Source: a bacterium (GTDB lineage Bacteria > Fidelibacterota > Fidelibacteria > Fidelibacterales > Fidelibacteraceae). From it: a DNA stretch of 64,000 bases. Location: contig OY781066.1 in the NCBI GenBank assembly GCA_963676395.1, forward strand, positions 224,001 through 288,000. The letters run 5' to 3'. A model generated the notes under the pieces. The model made no database searches. It saw nothing but the letters and a program-made list of their open reading frames with translations, and was not told the DNA's origin. Positions 18,613 through 28,109 of the stretch are shown here, in pieces (position 1 is the stretch's first letter; each line of letters starts with the position of its first letter). Position numbers and translations under genes: made by a program.

Positions 18613-19116
18613 TTAATTATTTGTTATTAATTTAATAGCTTCCGAGAGCAACATGGGTTTATATACCGTTAATTGATCTATAAGCCAATATCCTTCTGTT
18701 TTCCTATAGAATCTTTCCCGCATTGAAACACCGGAAAGTATATAGTGCGAAATAGTCTCATGAGAACCATCCGGATGAAAATTATGTGAATAACATTCTA
18801 TATGTTCCTTCTCAGCATGTGCATAGCCCACAGCAAAGGTATTGTCATCAATCAAAGCTAAAGATGCCACTTCTTTTTTTCTATCATCCCAATAATAAGT
18901 TGTGACCATCCTAAAATCCAATTCGGGTACTGTTTTAACCTGATACACACGTGATGAATCCGGAGCATATTCCCAGTAGATCATGTGTACAAGGCTTGAA
19001 TCCCCCGAATCACTATAATGCCCTTCCCATATTTGTCCCATATAAGGCTCAAAGATCTCGAGTGGGTTTGCAAGGAGGAGGGTGGTGAATGCAATAAATA
19101 AAATTATTCTTTTCAT
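18613..19116 (-). CDS. hypothetical secreted protein
   Basis: Signal-peptide-like MKRIILFIAFTTLLLA; no recognised motif. Confidence 0.6.
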   Translation of the reverse strand: MKRIILFIAFTTLLLANPLEIFEPYMGQIWEGHYSDSGDSSLVHMIYWEYAPDSSRVYQVKTVPELDFRMVTTYYWDDRKKEVASLALIDDNTFAVGYAHAEKEHIECYSHNFHPDGSHETISHYILSGVSMRERFYRKTEGYWLIDQLTVYKPMLLSEAIKLITNN

Positions 19117-19259
19117 AAGATTTTCAATCATCTCTTTTGTTTGCTTTGTTATAGATATCAAATACAATATCTTTCTTTATTATAATTGCATTTTTATTCA
19201 GGACAAAATCTTTTTAGAAATTCTACAGATGCTTATCCATGTAATCTGAGAATAGATAA

Positions 19260-19844
19260 TTAAAGCTTAATCTCAATCACCGGCTGTTCCGAATTTAAAT
19301 CCAAATCCCATTGATACTGCATGGTCTTTTTATCCAATTTGACCTTCTTATCGGCATTGTTGTCTGTCACTTTCATTTTCTTGGGAATCGTAATATTAAG
19401 TTTGCCTTTGAGCTTAATGCCAAGTTCTTCCATGCTTTTGCGACCTTCATCTTCGATCTTGACTCCGGAAATAGTCAGCAAATTGTCATCATATTCAAAG
19501 GCATAAAATTTGAGATCCTTATCCAAGAAATAATGATCGCTACCTCGTTCCACATCATTTTCATAGCTGACAGAGAGCTTCCCTTTACCGAGATTCTTAA
19601 TACTGGAGTAACCTTCATCTTTACTAAGTTCAACGACGATCTCATCGACCTCATCTCTTGTGTCATCATCATATTCACCTTTTGACATAGCTTCCAATGC
19701 CGGTGCATAATTGAGTTCGCCTTTGTATTCGTAATCTACACTACCAATTTTATTGACCGTAATATTCATTTCGTAATTGTCCGGGATAAGGCAAGATGTT
19801 AACAGCAAAACTGTTAGTACAAGTAAAATGATTGATTTTTTCAT
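19260..19844 (-). CDS. hypothetical lipoprotein; paralog of the N-terminal domain of 20934..23303
   Basis: Lipobox LLTSC; CLIPDNY...YKGE..YAPA..AM..GEYD shared with the long protein. Confidence 0.75.
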   Translation of the reverse strand: MKKSIILLVLTVLLLTSCLIPDNYEMNITVNKIGSVDYEYKGELNYAPALEAMSKGEYDDDTRDEVDEIVVELSKDEGYSSIKNLGKGKLSVSYENDVERGSDHYFLDKDLKFYAFEYDDNLLTISGVKIEDEGRKSMEELGIKLKGKLNITIPKKMKVTDNNADKKVKLDKKTMQYQWDLDLNSEQPVIEIKL

Positions 19845-19887
19845 TTTCGATCCCTTTAAGTTAAATTAAAATTCCGTCGTTTAAAAT

Positions 19888-19996
19888 AGCTCCTTCACTT
19901 CGCAGCGTTCAGGATGACATAATAAGAGCATTATACTACTTACTTACTACTTACTACTCACTTCCCTCTATCATCTCTGTTCAGAGTCATGCCGAA
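19888..19996. repeat. composite intergenic repeat: GTCATCCTGAA-type half elements flanking a TACTTAC heptamer-like tract
   Basis: agctccttcac...ttcaggatgaca (19888-19919), tactacttacttactacttactactcact, gtcatgccgaa (19986-19996). Confidence 0.55.
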
Positions 19997-20009
19997 ACAG
20001 GATTACCGA

Positions 20010-20816
20010 TCACTCATTACTGATATGTACATCCATTTGAGGAAAAGGAATATTTAAACCGGCTTTATTAAAAGCTTCGTAGACTTTTTCGTTCATATCG
20101 AAATGTACATCCCAATAATCTTGTGTTTTTACCCAGGCACGTACTACAAAATTAACCGAAGAATCAGCTAACTTTGAGAGTGCAACAAATGAAGGAGGAT
20201 CGTTTAAAATACGTTCATCATTATTACATAGCTCAAGCAAAACCGCTTTAGCCTTTTTAACATCATCACCATAGGCAATACCAAAGGTCCAATCTACTCG
20301 TCGTGTATCTTCTTTGGAATAATTGATCATAGAACCTGTGGATAAACCTCCATTGGGAATATACACGACTTTATTATCGGGAGTAGTTAATAGAGTATTA
20401 AATATATGGATCTCATTAACAATTCCCGTATAACCTTGCGCTTCGATAAAATCACCGGGTTTAAAAGGTTTGAGAATCAATAAGATTACACCCCCGGCAA
20501 AATTCTGTAAAGTTCCCGATAATGCCATACCAACAGCCAAACCGGCAGAAGCCAGTAAAGCGGAAAAAGAGATCATCTCGATGCCAAAGATCGGCATAAC
20601 CGAAAGAAACAAAAGAATATTTAACAAGAAACTTACGACACCCTTTATAAAAGGGATCAAAGCATTGTCAAGTTTACTTTTACCAAGTACCCTGGTAAGG
20701 TTTTTTTTAATAACACGAATGACGATAAATCCTACGATCAGTAGTGCAATACCACCCGCTACTCTGGGAGCATACTCGATCACAAGATCCAATAATTTCT
20801 GCAAGGCATCTTCCAT
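20010..20816 (-). CDS. mscS: small-conductance mechanosensitive channel
   Basis: GLAVGMALSGTLQNFAGG..ILILKPFKPGDFI, IPNG.L...IINYS, RRVD...GIAY, IPFPQMDVH. Confidence 0.93.
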   Translation of the reverse strand: MEDALQKLLDLVIEYAPRVAGGIALLIVGFIVIRVIKKNLTRVLGKSKLDNALIPFIKGVVSFLLNILLFLSVMPIFGIEMISFSALLASAGLAVGMALSGTLQNFAGGVILLILKPFKPGDFIEAQGYTGIVNEIHIFNTLLTTPDNKVVYIPNGGLSTGSMINYSKEDTRRVDWTFGIAYGDDVKKAKAVLLELCNNDERILNDPPSFVALSKLADSSVNFVVRAWVKTQDYWDVHFDMNEKVYEAFNKAGLNIPFPQMDVHISNE

Positions 20817-20933
20817 CTTGATTTCCTTTGTATGTTGATAAAACAACGTTTCAATTTAAATGATTACAGCTTTATAAAGCCAGCTAAATTAATAATTTTC
20901 TTTTTAGTCTATCTTTGACAAAAACAATAACAG

Positions 20934-23303
20934 CTAGTCTGTTTCTGTTATTCTAAGTGAATTAATATTGATCAATCTACTAGGATCGACAGAGTAATAA
21001 TACCAATAATTTGTTACAGTATCGTAAATTAAATTCCAGTTGTAATTAGAGTTAAAACTGACATCCTCTCCGGATATTGTTTTTACATCAATAGTATAAC
21101 CATCTTCTAAACTTAAGTTCAATTTCGATCCTTTGGGTGCAAACTCAAACTTATCATAGTAAACATTATTATAATCCTCAGGATCTAACCCCAGATCTGT
21201 GTAGGCATAATGACCCCAAGTCCTACCATAATATCCATTTTCGTTATAAAATTCAGTAATTATCTTATCAAAGAATGTCACCATACTCAATAAATCTGTA
21301 CCATGCTCATCATTGACAGCAATATCAATCCGCTTATCCGATGGTCCCGTTAAAAAACCTGTTCCTCTGTAAGAACCGGCCCTTATACCAACTTCAACTT
21401 CTCCGGGTTCATATTGATATTTTAATGTCAAACTGTATTCTTCGAAGTCATCTTTCTTTTTAACTTTTTCATTAAAAACCGCACCATAAACACCTGAGTG
21501 CTTATGATCCTCAACTTTTTCAAACCCTTCTCCATTAATAACTTCATGTTGTTGATCCAAGCCTAATACCCATTCAGTAAGATCATTTTTAGCTGATCCG
21601 ATACTGGAAACCTTATAATACCATGTTGAAGATCCATCACTGTTATTTTCATATCTTAGATAATCAAATACATATCCATCAATTTCGGTATCACCACCTA
21701 TTTCAATCACATCGTCAGCACCGTTACCCTCACCGTAAACTATTTCCCATAAGTCTTCGGATATATTCGGCTCAACCTTTCCCGTAGGTGAAGTCGTGTG
21801 ACTTTTTATACAAATATAGCCGGATTTTTCGTATATCACAAAATCACCCACAAAGTATGTTTTATAATTACTATTCCATTCTTCGGGCTCCAATGGAATT
21901 TCGGATGGGCCTTTAATTTTACCTTCTTTTACTTCATCTCCGGCATTTATATATGAAAATTCTACTTCACCCGGTTCGTATTGCTCATTTAAAACAAAAT
22001 AAAAATCTTCATAATCATCATTCTTATTGATCGTTTCATAAAAAACCGCACCATACAGACCGATATGCTGATCAGTATACATTCCGCGATATCCCACACC
22101 CCCGGAATTAACCTTTAAGCGTGGACCTAAATTTAGAACAAAACCGGAAAAGTGATGAGCCGAAGCGTTTGTGCTTCTAACAGAATAATTCCATGTGGAA
22201 GTACCATCGGGATTATTTTGGTGTCCTTGATAAATAAAACGAAATCCATCTATCAAAACTGAATTCTCATTGTCAGCATAGGCATCATCATTATTATTGC
22301 CGGGAGCCTTTCCTGTAGGACCATTGATAACAGTTTTCCCGTGCTTCCCCCCGGCAGTTAACGATACCGGCAATAATCCAACTTCATAATTACCCTCTAA
22401 GGTAAAGTAATATGGTTTTAAAACATCACCTTCATCATACCATTCATAAAATGATATCCCATAAATATTACTATTTTTATCTATTCCCGGCCAACCGCTA
22501 TAGTCCTCACATGCATTTAATACATAATGGTCTTTATCTAATGCTAAAACCCAATGATCCAATCCGGGAGTTGCTTCATCGCTCACTTTAATAGTATAAT
22601 TCCAAGTCGATGTCCCATCACCGTTGTCTTTATTTCCAATATAATTGATTTGATAACCCTCTATTTGTACAGAGTTATCTGATTCAACAAAATCATTCGA
22701 GTTACCATTTGAATTATTAAGCTCAATCTTAATATTCGGAATTGGCGTATCTAAGTCTAATTTCCAATTATAATTTGTTGAATTATTTTTCTTTTCTTTT
22801 GACTTGGAATTATGATGACGAACCTTAATGCCATTTTGACATTTTACTTTAAAATTGCCTTTCATATTAATATCAACACTCTTTAATTCAGACTTAACCT
22901 CTGAACTTAACTCTATTCCTTCTATCCTAAGTTCATCAAAGGTACTTGATATTTTAAAAAAGCTTAAATCTTCTGAAATAAAATAAAAATCATCTCCAAA
23001 ATCATTTACAACTCTATAATCTATGTTGAATCTACCTTCACCAAGATAGTCTACAGATTTCATTCCCTCAGTATTTTGAAATTCTTGTATAATTTGACTT
23101 ACTTGTTCATCTTTATATTCATCATACTCACCTCGCACCATAGCATCTACAGCAGGTGCAAATAGGACATCCCCTTTATAAACGACAGCATAAGTATCAT
23201 TACTTTTTACTGTAATTGTAAGCCTATAATCATCGGGAATAAGACATGCGGTATTGGATATACTTGAAAGAAATATACCAAATGCCATTAAAAATGAATT
23301 CAT
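20934..23303 (-). CDS. modular surface protein: lipoprotein-like N-domain + three ~120-aa repeats + CBM5/12-like module + C-terminal domain
   Basis: Internal repeats with DG(T/S)STW.Y and ending GP(T/S); module WNSNYKTYFVGDFVIYEKSGYICIKSHT...LW resembling chitin-binding CBM5/12. Confidence 0.7.
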   Translation of the reverse strand: MNSFLMAFGIFLSSISNTACLIPDDYRLTITVKSNDTYAVVYKGDVLFAPAVDAMVRGEYDEYKDEQVSQIIQEFQNTEGMKSVDYLGEGRFNIDYRVVNDFGDDFYFISEDLSFFKISSTFDELRIEGIELSSEVKSELKSVDINMKGNFKVKCQNGIKVRHHNSKSKEKKNNSTNYNWKLDLDTPIPNIKIELNNSNGNSNDFVESDNSVQIEGYQINYIGNKDNGDGTSTWNYTIKVSDEATPGLDHWVLALDKDHYVLNACEDYSGWPGIDKNSNIYGISFYEWYDEGDVLKPYYFTLEGNYEVGLLPVSLTAGGKHGKTVINGPTGKAPGNNNDDAYADNENSVLIDGFRFIYQGHQNNPDGTSTWNYSVRSTNASAHHFSGFVLNLGPRLKVNSGGVGYRGMYTDQHIGLYGAVFYETINKNDDYEDFYFVLNEQYEPGEVEFSYINAGDEVKEGKIKGPSEIPLEPEEWNSNYKTYFVGDFVIYEKSGYICIKSHTTSPTGKVEPNISEDLWEIVYGEGNGADDVIEIGGDTEIDGYVFDYLRYENNSDGSSTWYYKVSSIGSAKNDLTEWVLGLDQQHEVINGEGFEKVEDHKHSGVYGAVFNEKVKKKDDFEEYSLTLKYQYEPGEVEVGIRAGSYRGTGFLTGPSDKRIDIAVNDEHGTDLLSMVTFFDKIITEFYNENGYYGRTWGHYAYTDLGLDPEDYNNVYYDKFEFAPKGSKLNLSLEDGYTIDVKTISGEDVSFNSNYNWNLIYDTVTNYWYYYSVDPSRLININSLRITETD

Positions 23304-23314
23304 ATTACTCTCTC

Positions 23315-23689
23315 CTATGAATTATATCTGTCTTCAAATTGATCAAGAATATAGGCATCTATAATAAATCCGACACCAACACCTATAGCATAAGCAAGAA
23401 TATCCAAAGGTCTATATGTCTCACCCAGGAAACTATAACCTTGATACTGAAGGATCTCTATCACAAATCCTAAGATCACAAATAATATCACAGCTATCAC
23501 CCTACAGCGGGCAACAACCCAAAAACGCCGTGTGATCAACTGAAATATCAAATATGCATTGGCAAAAAACAACATCTCAAACATATGATTTGCAAAAAAT
23601 CCATCACCAACCGGTTGAAAGTAAATATAAAGCAGAGCTGTCACAACAGCAATTACAACAATAACCGCAACAGACACTTTAGATTTCAT
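23315..23689 (-). CDS. hypothetical membrane protein (about 4 TM; DUF2809/VanZ-like motif)
   Basis: Hydrophobic segments; IEILQY...LGETYRPLDILAYAIG. Confidence 0.6.
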   Translation of the reverse strand: MKSKVSVAVIVVIAVVTALLYIYFQPVGDGFFANHMFEMLFFANAYLIFQLITRRFWVVARCRVIAVILFVILGFVIEILQYQGYSFLGETYRPLDILAYAIGVGVGFIIDAYILDQFEDRYNS

Positions 23690-23807
23690 AATTTCCCTCA
23701 TTCTTTATCATTACTGCTTAATATAAGGTTTTGAAGCTTATTTTCAAAAAAAAGAAAAAAGGCATAAAGTATAGAGCGTTTAATATTAAGAGTTTAGAGC
23801 TTCATTA

Positions 23808-24398
23808 CTATTTGCGCTTTTCTCTCTGATGATAGGTAAAATCCACTGCAACTCTATCAATAAATCTTCTTCTGTGCTTCTTTTCTTTTTTCAGCTTTAA
23901 TTCTTTTGTTTTAGACTCTTTAATTTTTTTTGTGATCTTTTTTTTCTCAAACTCTATATTGGGACTCCCTTCGGGATCCTTACTTGCGGGATACTTATAA
24001 GGATTTACCCCTGTATAACCATCATCAGCTTCAGGACCAAATTCATTACCTTTCACATCTCCTGGAGACAACATGATTAACAACATCCATATTTGTCCTA
24101 CTATCGGAATAAGTAAAATAAATAATGCCGACCAATCCTTACCGACATCGTGTAGACGTCTCACAATAATAGCCAGAGAAGGAATGGCAATAAAAACAGA
24201 ATAAAAATTATAAAAAGCACCATATTTAATATCGGAAAATATATAATATTCTTTACCTGTCGTACCAAAAATATTATCAAGCATAATCGCTAGCCAAAAG
24301 AAAATAACATTAAACAAAACAAACATCCAAAATGCTTTTCGACCACATCTACCTTTAAAATTAAAATATTGTTTAAGTGCATCAAGATAGTATGTCAT
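23808..24398 (-). CDS. DUF805 (YhaH-like) membrane protein with Lys-rich tail
   Basis: YFNFKGR..RK.FWMF.LFN, IPSLAI.VRRLHD.G, PG..G.NEFGP. Confidence 0.88.
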   Translation of the reverse strand: MTYYLDALKQYFNFKGRCGRKAFWMFVLFNVIFFWLAIMLDNIFGTTGKEYYIFSDIKYGAFYNFYSVFIAIPSLAIIVRRLHDVGKDWSALFILLIPIVGQIWMLLIMLSPGDVKGNEFGPEADDGYTGVNPYKYPASKDPEGSPNIEFEKKKITKKIKESKTKELKLKKEKKHRRRFIDRVAVDFTYHQREKRK

Positions 24399-24564
24399 GT
24401 TGTACCTCGTAATTTTTCTTGGTTTATATATAGACAATTGATTTTATGGGGAATATCTTTTTAAACCAAGAAATAAATAAGCATATAAAGTAGATCAATA
24501 GCCTTTAATACTTAATAAGACTATTGCAATAATTCTTCTTACGACTAACTGCTGGATTCAAAAT

Positions 24565-24594
24565 AAAAGTCCCGCAAACAAAAGTTCACGGGAC
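24565..24594 (-). terminator. intrinsic terminator
   Basis: gtcccg...cgggac stem, followed on minus strand by TTTTATTTT. Confidence 0.6.
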
Positions 24595-24630
24595 AGGAGA
24601 GACTAAAACTCGTTTTAGTCAGTTTTTAAA

Positions 24631-24960
24631 TTAACATTTTCCTTTGCACTTATGTTCTTGCTTGCGAACCGCTTCATTATTGCAATTACTTCCATTTTGT
24701 TTCTCTGACTTGTGCTTACGAACTTTTTCACCTGAGCAGTTGCTTTCAGATGCACTTTGTTGAAGTTGTTTACACTCTTTTTTGTTTGTTCTAAGCTCAG
24801 CTTTTTCTTCGGAACATGAACCGCAATGATCTTTGCTGGTATTGTTGATCACTCCACAGTGATCCAATGACCTTGCAGAATGCTCTTCTCCCGCACTTAA
24901 AGGCAAAGCAAAAACAAGCAAAATAACAGTAAGTATTGTAAAGTTAATGATTGATTTCAT
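24631..24960 (-). CDS. small secreted Cys/His/Lys-rich protein
   Basis: GGAG RBS; signal peptide ending PLSA; 8 Cys in the mature part. Confidence 0.65.
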   Translation of the reverse strand: MKSIINFTILTVILLVFALPLSAGEEHSARSLDHCGVINNTSKDHCGSCSEEKAELRTNKKECKQLQQSASESNCSGEKVRKHKSEKQNGSNCNNEAVRKQEHKCKGKC

Positions 24961-25175
24961 AATGTCTCCTTCCATTTTGACCCATTCTTACTGCAAAGTA
25001 TAGTCAAAGTTCCATTTTTTATTTAATAATTATGATATACTAATGTTTGAATATCTACAAAATACCTATCTAAAATCTCAGGTACTAACCCAATACTATT
25101 AACTTTTAATTCTTCTTTCTGAGCCACAAAATGATTATCTTATTTGATGTTAATTTATACTAATCAGGAGACAAA

Positions 25176-26534
25176 ATGTTAATTGAATCTATTTCGGGTA
25201 TACGTGCGACTATCGGAGACAGTATGACCCCCAAAGAAGTAATTGAATACGCCTCAGCCTATGGTAAATGGGTAAAAAAAGGGACTGTAGTTATTGGTCG
25301 TGATTCCAGAGTTTCTGGTCGCGTGATCTCCATGATCTTTGCCAGCACGCTTCAGTGGTTAGGGTTAGATGTGATCGACATCGGCATCGTTCCCACACCC
25401 ACGGTTCAGCTTCTTACCGAAAAATTCAATGCTCAGGGTGGAATTGCCATTACCGCCTCACACAATCCTTTCCCTTGGAATGGAATAAAATTTATAGATA
25501 AAACCGGTTTATTCCTTGATGCCGATCAAGTGAAAGCTGTTCTTAATAATAAAAAAGAGGCAGATTTTAAATTTCAGGCATCCGGAGATTTTGGTAAATA
25601 TGAAAAAAACCGTGATGCCATTGACATGCACGTTAAAAATGTTTTAAACATTCCCTACCTGGATGTTGATAAGATTCGTGAACGCAAGTTCAAAGTTGTA
25701 ATTGATGCTGTTAACGGTGGTGGTTCTATAGCATTGCCTGCTATGTTGCGTGCCTTGGGATGTGATGTGATCGAAGTCAATTGCGAGCCTGACGGTTATT
25801 TTCCTCATACTCCCGAACCCCTTCCCGAAAACCTTGTTGACTTACTTGATGCTGTTAAAAGAAATAAAGCAGATCTCGGTTTAGCGGTAGATCCCGATGC
25901 CGATCGCTTGGCCGTTGCCGATGAACTTGGGAATTATCTTTCGGAAGAATATACGTTGGTTATGGCGGCTGAAACGGTTCTGTCTCAATCCAAGCTTAAT
26001 AATCCCAAAGTCGTGACCAATCTTTCCACAACCTTAGCCGTTACAAATATTGCCGAAAAATACGGTGCTAAATGTTTACGTACCGCAATTGGTGAAATCA
26101 ATGTTGCTAAAAAAATGAAAGAAGTCAATGCGCTCATCGGTGGCGAGGGCAATGGTGGAATTATTTCCCCCTGCTCACATTTGGGTCGTGATTCATTGGT
26201 CGGCGCAGCTATGGTACTCAATTTCCTTGCAAGCGACGAGAAACCGCTAAGCGAAAAGTATGCAGACTTCCCTCAGTATAAAATGAGCAAACAAAAAATC
26301 GAGATCGGACAAAATGATCCGGAAATAATACTTGAAGAATTAAAAAAGAAATTCTCAAATGAAAATTGTAATACCGTAGATGGTCTGCAAATTAAATGGT
26401 CGGACCGTTGGGTACATATGCGAAAATCTAATACCGAACCCATCCTTCGTGTTTACTCCGAAGCTCCTTCAGCAAAAGAGGCAAATGAGCTGGCAGAACG
26501 TTTTATGGATGAGATCAGAAAATTAATGAGGTAA
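25176..26534 (+). CDS. glmM: phosphoglucosamine mutase
   Basis: SISGIR, TASHNP phosphoserine loop, DPDADR, GGEGNGG, RKSNTEPILRVYSEA. Confidence 0.85.
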   Translation: MLIESISGIRATIGDSMTPKEVIEYASAYGKWVKKGTVVIGRDSRVSGRVISMIFASTLQWLGLDVIDIGIVPTPTVQLLTEKFNAQGGIAITASHNPFPWNGIKFIDKTGLFLDADQVKAVLNNKKEADFKFQASGDFGKYEKNRDAIDMHVKNVLNIPYLDVDKIRERKFKVVIDAVNGGGSIALPAMLRALGCDVIEVNCEPDGYFPHTPEPLPENLVDLLDAVKRNKADLGLAVDPDADRLAVADELGNYLSEEYTLVMAAETVLSQSKLNNPKVVTNLSTTLAVTNIAEKYGAKCLRTAIGEINVAKKMKEVNALIGGEGNGGIISPCSHLGRDSLVGAAMVLNFLASDEKPLSEKYADFPQYKMSKQKIEIGQNDPEIILEELKKKFSNENCNTVDGLQIKWSDRWVHMRKSNTEPILRVYSEAPSAKEANELAERFMDEIRKLMR

Positions 26535-26537
26535 AAT

Positions 26538-27200
26538 ATGAAATTATCAAAATATATTGACCATACACTACTAAAGCCGCAGGCAAATGAAGCGGACCTG
26601 AAAAAACTTTGTAAAGAAGCGATTGATAACGATTTTGCAGCTGTTTGCGTAAATCCTGCAAATGTTGCCTTTTGCGCTCAAGAATTAGCCGGATCAAAAG
26701 TTAAATTGGCATCCGTTGTGGGTTTCCCTTTAGGTGCCTCTATCCCATCGATCAAATCAGCCGAAACTCTTATGGCGGTTGAAGACGGAGCAAATGAAAT
26801 TGATATGGTCATTAATATCGCGGCCTTAAAAGACAAAAAATATGAGCTGGTCGAAGCCGACATTAAAGCTGTTGTTGATTCTGCCGAAGGAAATACGGTA
26901 AAAGTTATTATCGAAACTTGCCTTTTAACTGATGAAGAAAAAATAAAAGCCTGCGAATTATCAAGATCTGCGGGTGCGCACTTTGTTAAGACGTCCACAG
27001 GTTTTAGTACAGGTGGAGCCACAAAAGAAGACGTAGCTTTAATGTATGCAACCGTAGGCAAAGACCTGAAAGTCAAGGCCTCCGGCGGAGTAAGATCTTA
27101 CGAAGATGCCATAGAAATGATAGAAGCCGGAGCAAGTCGTATAGGCACCTCTTCGGGTGTTGCGATTCTTCAGGGAAAAAAAGTTAATACAGATTATTGA
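26538..27200 (+). CDS. deoC: deoxyribose-phosphate aldolase
   Basis: [46 protein letters not shown]. Confidence 0.97.
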   Translation: MKLSKYIDHTLLKPQANEADLKKLCKEAIDNDFAAVCVNPANVAFCAQELAGSKVKLASVVGFPLGASIPSIKSAETLMAVEDGANEIDMVINIAALKDKKYELVEADIKAVVDSAEGNTVKVIIETCLLTDEEKIKACELSRSAGAHFVKTSTGFSTGGATKEDVALMYATVGKDLKVKASGGVRSYEDAIEMIEAGASRIGTSSGVAILQGKKVNTDY

Positions 27201-27207
27201 TTTCCTA

Positions 27208-27236
27208 TTGGATTTTGAAACTTCTTTCACTATATT
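27208..27236 (+). promoter_or_regulatory. putative sigma70-type promoter for tRNA-Leu
   Basis: TTGGAT-17 bp-TATATT, ending 16 bp before the tRNA. Confidence 0.6.
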
Positions 27237-27252
27237 CGCCAGTCAATTGAAT

Positions 27253-27335
27253 GCAGCCGTGGCGGAATTGGCAGACGCACCAGATTTAGGATCTGGCGCC
27301 CTCAGGGTGTGGGAGTTCGAGTCTCCCCGGCTGTA
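27253..27335 (+). tRNA. tRNA-Leu (anticodon TAG)
   Basis: Acceptor GCAGCCG/CGGCTGT, anticodon arm CCAGA-TTTAGGA-TCTGG, long variable arm, GTTCGAG T-loop; CCA not encoded. Confidence 0.96.
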
Positions 27336-27352
27336 CAAAGAAATAAGAATCG

Positions 27353-28078
27353 ATGAACATGAGATTTAAGATATCCATTAAGCGCTTTCTAGCACTATTT
27401 GTAACATTATTGCTTTTTCTGGCAATGCAATCTTGCAATGCTAAAAAAACTATCGATTTTAACAACGATGAGGAATACATCCCCTCTCGTCCCGTTTATG
27501 TACCCAATGTTAAACGTTTATTGACCGCTATAGAAGAAGTAAAAACTGTTACGGGCAATACCGAAGTTGATACATTGATCTTGATTGACGGTTATGATAA
27601 TAAATTATTTTTAGTATCCGCTCTTCCTTCGATCAGAATTCTAAAAGAATATACCATGTCGGCATCAAAATATGGATATGGACCCGAAAGAGGTTCAAAT
27701 AAAACGCCTTGGGGCGTTCATAAGATCGATAGCAAATACGGTGACGGAGCTCCTGCGGGCATGTGTTTTTATGATCGTCGTCCAACGGGTGAAATAGCAA
27801 CCATATATACTGACACGACAAATGTAGATAAAGATCCCGTAACGTCCAGGATCATCTGGCTAAAAGGACTTGAAGAAATTAATCGCACCTCCTATTGGCG
27901 ATTTGTCTATATTCATGGGACACATGAAGAAGGCTTATTGGGCACACCTCAATCTCATGGTTGTATTCGTTTGAGCAATCATGATGTTATTGAATTATTC
28001 GACTTGGTTCATGAAGGAACATATGTAAATATCATTCGTCCCCTTGAAGATAATTCAACCACAAACCCACAACACTAA
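27353..28078 (+). CDS. L,D-transpeptidase (YkuD family) lipoprotein
   Basis: Lipobox AMQSC; SNKTPWG, YIHGT...LGTPQSHGCIRL catalytic motif. Confidence 0.9.
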   Translation: MNMRFKISIKRFLALFVTLLLFLAMQSCNAKKTIDFNNDEEYIPSRPVYVPNVKRLLTAIEEVKTVTGNTEVDTLILIDGYDNKLFLVSALPSIRILKEYTMSASKYGYGPERGSNKTPWGVHKIDSKYGDGAPAGMCFYDRRPTGEIATIYTDTTNVDKDPVTSRIIWLKGLEEINRTSYWRFVYIHGTHEEGLLGTPQSHGCIRLSNHDVIELFDLVHEGTYVNIIRPLEDNSTTNPQH

Positions 28079-28109
28079 ACATCTAGACTCTTCACCCTAA
28101 TTTATTCAT

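Noticed and set aside
24991..25008. Sigma54-like site (TTG ACTATACTTT GCA, minus strand) upstream of the Cys-rich peptide
   Set aside because: The invariant -24 GG is absent (TG instead).
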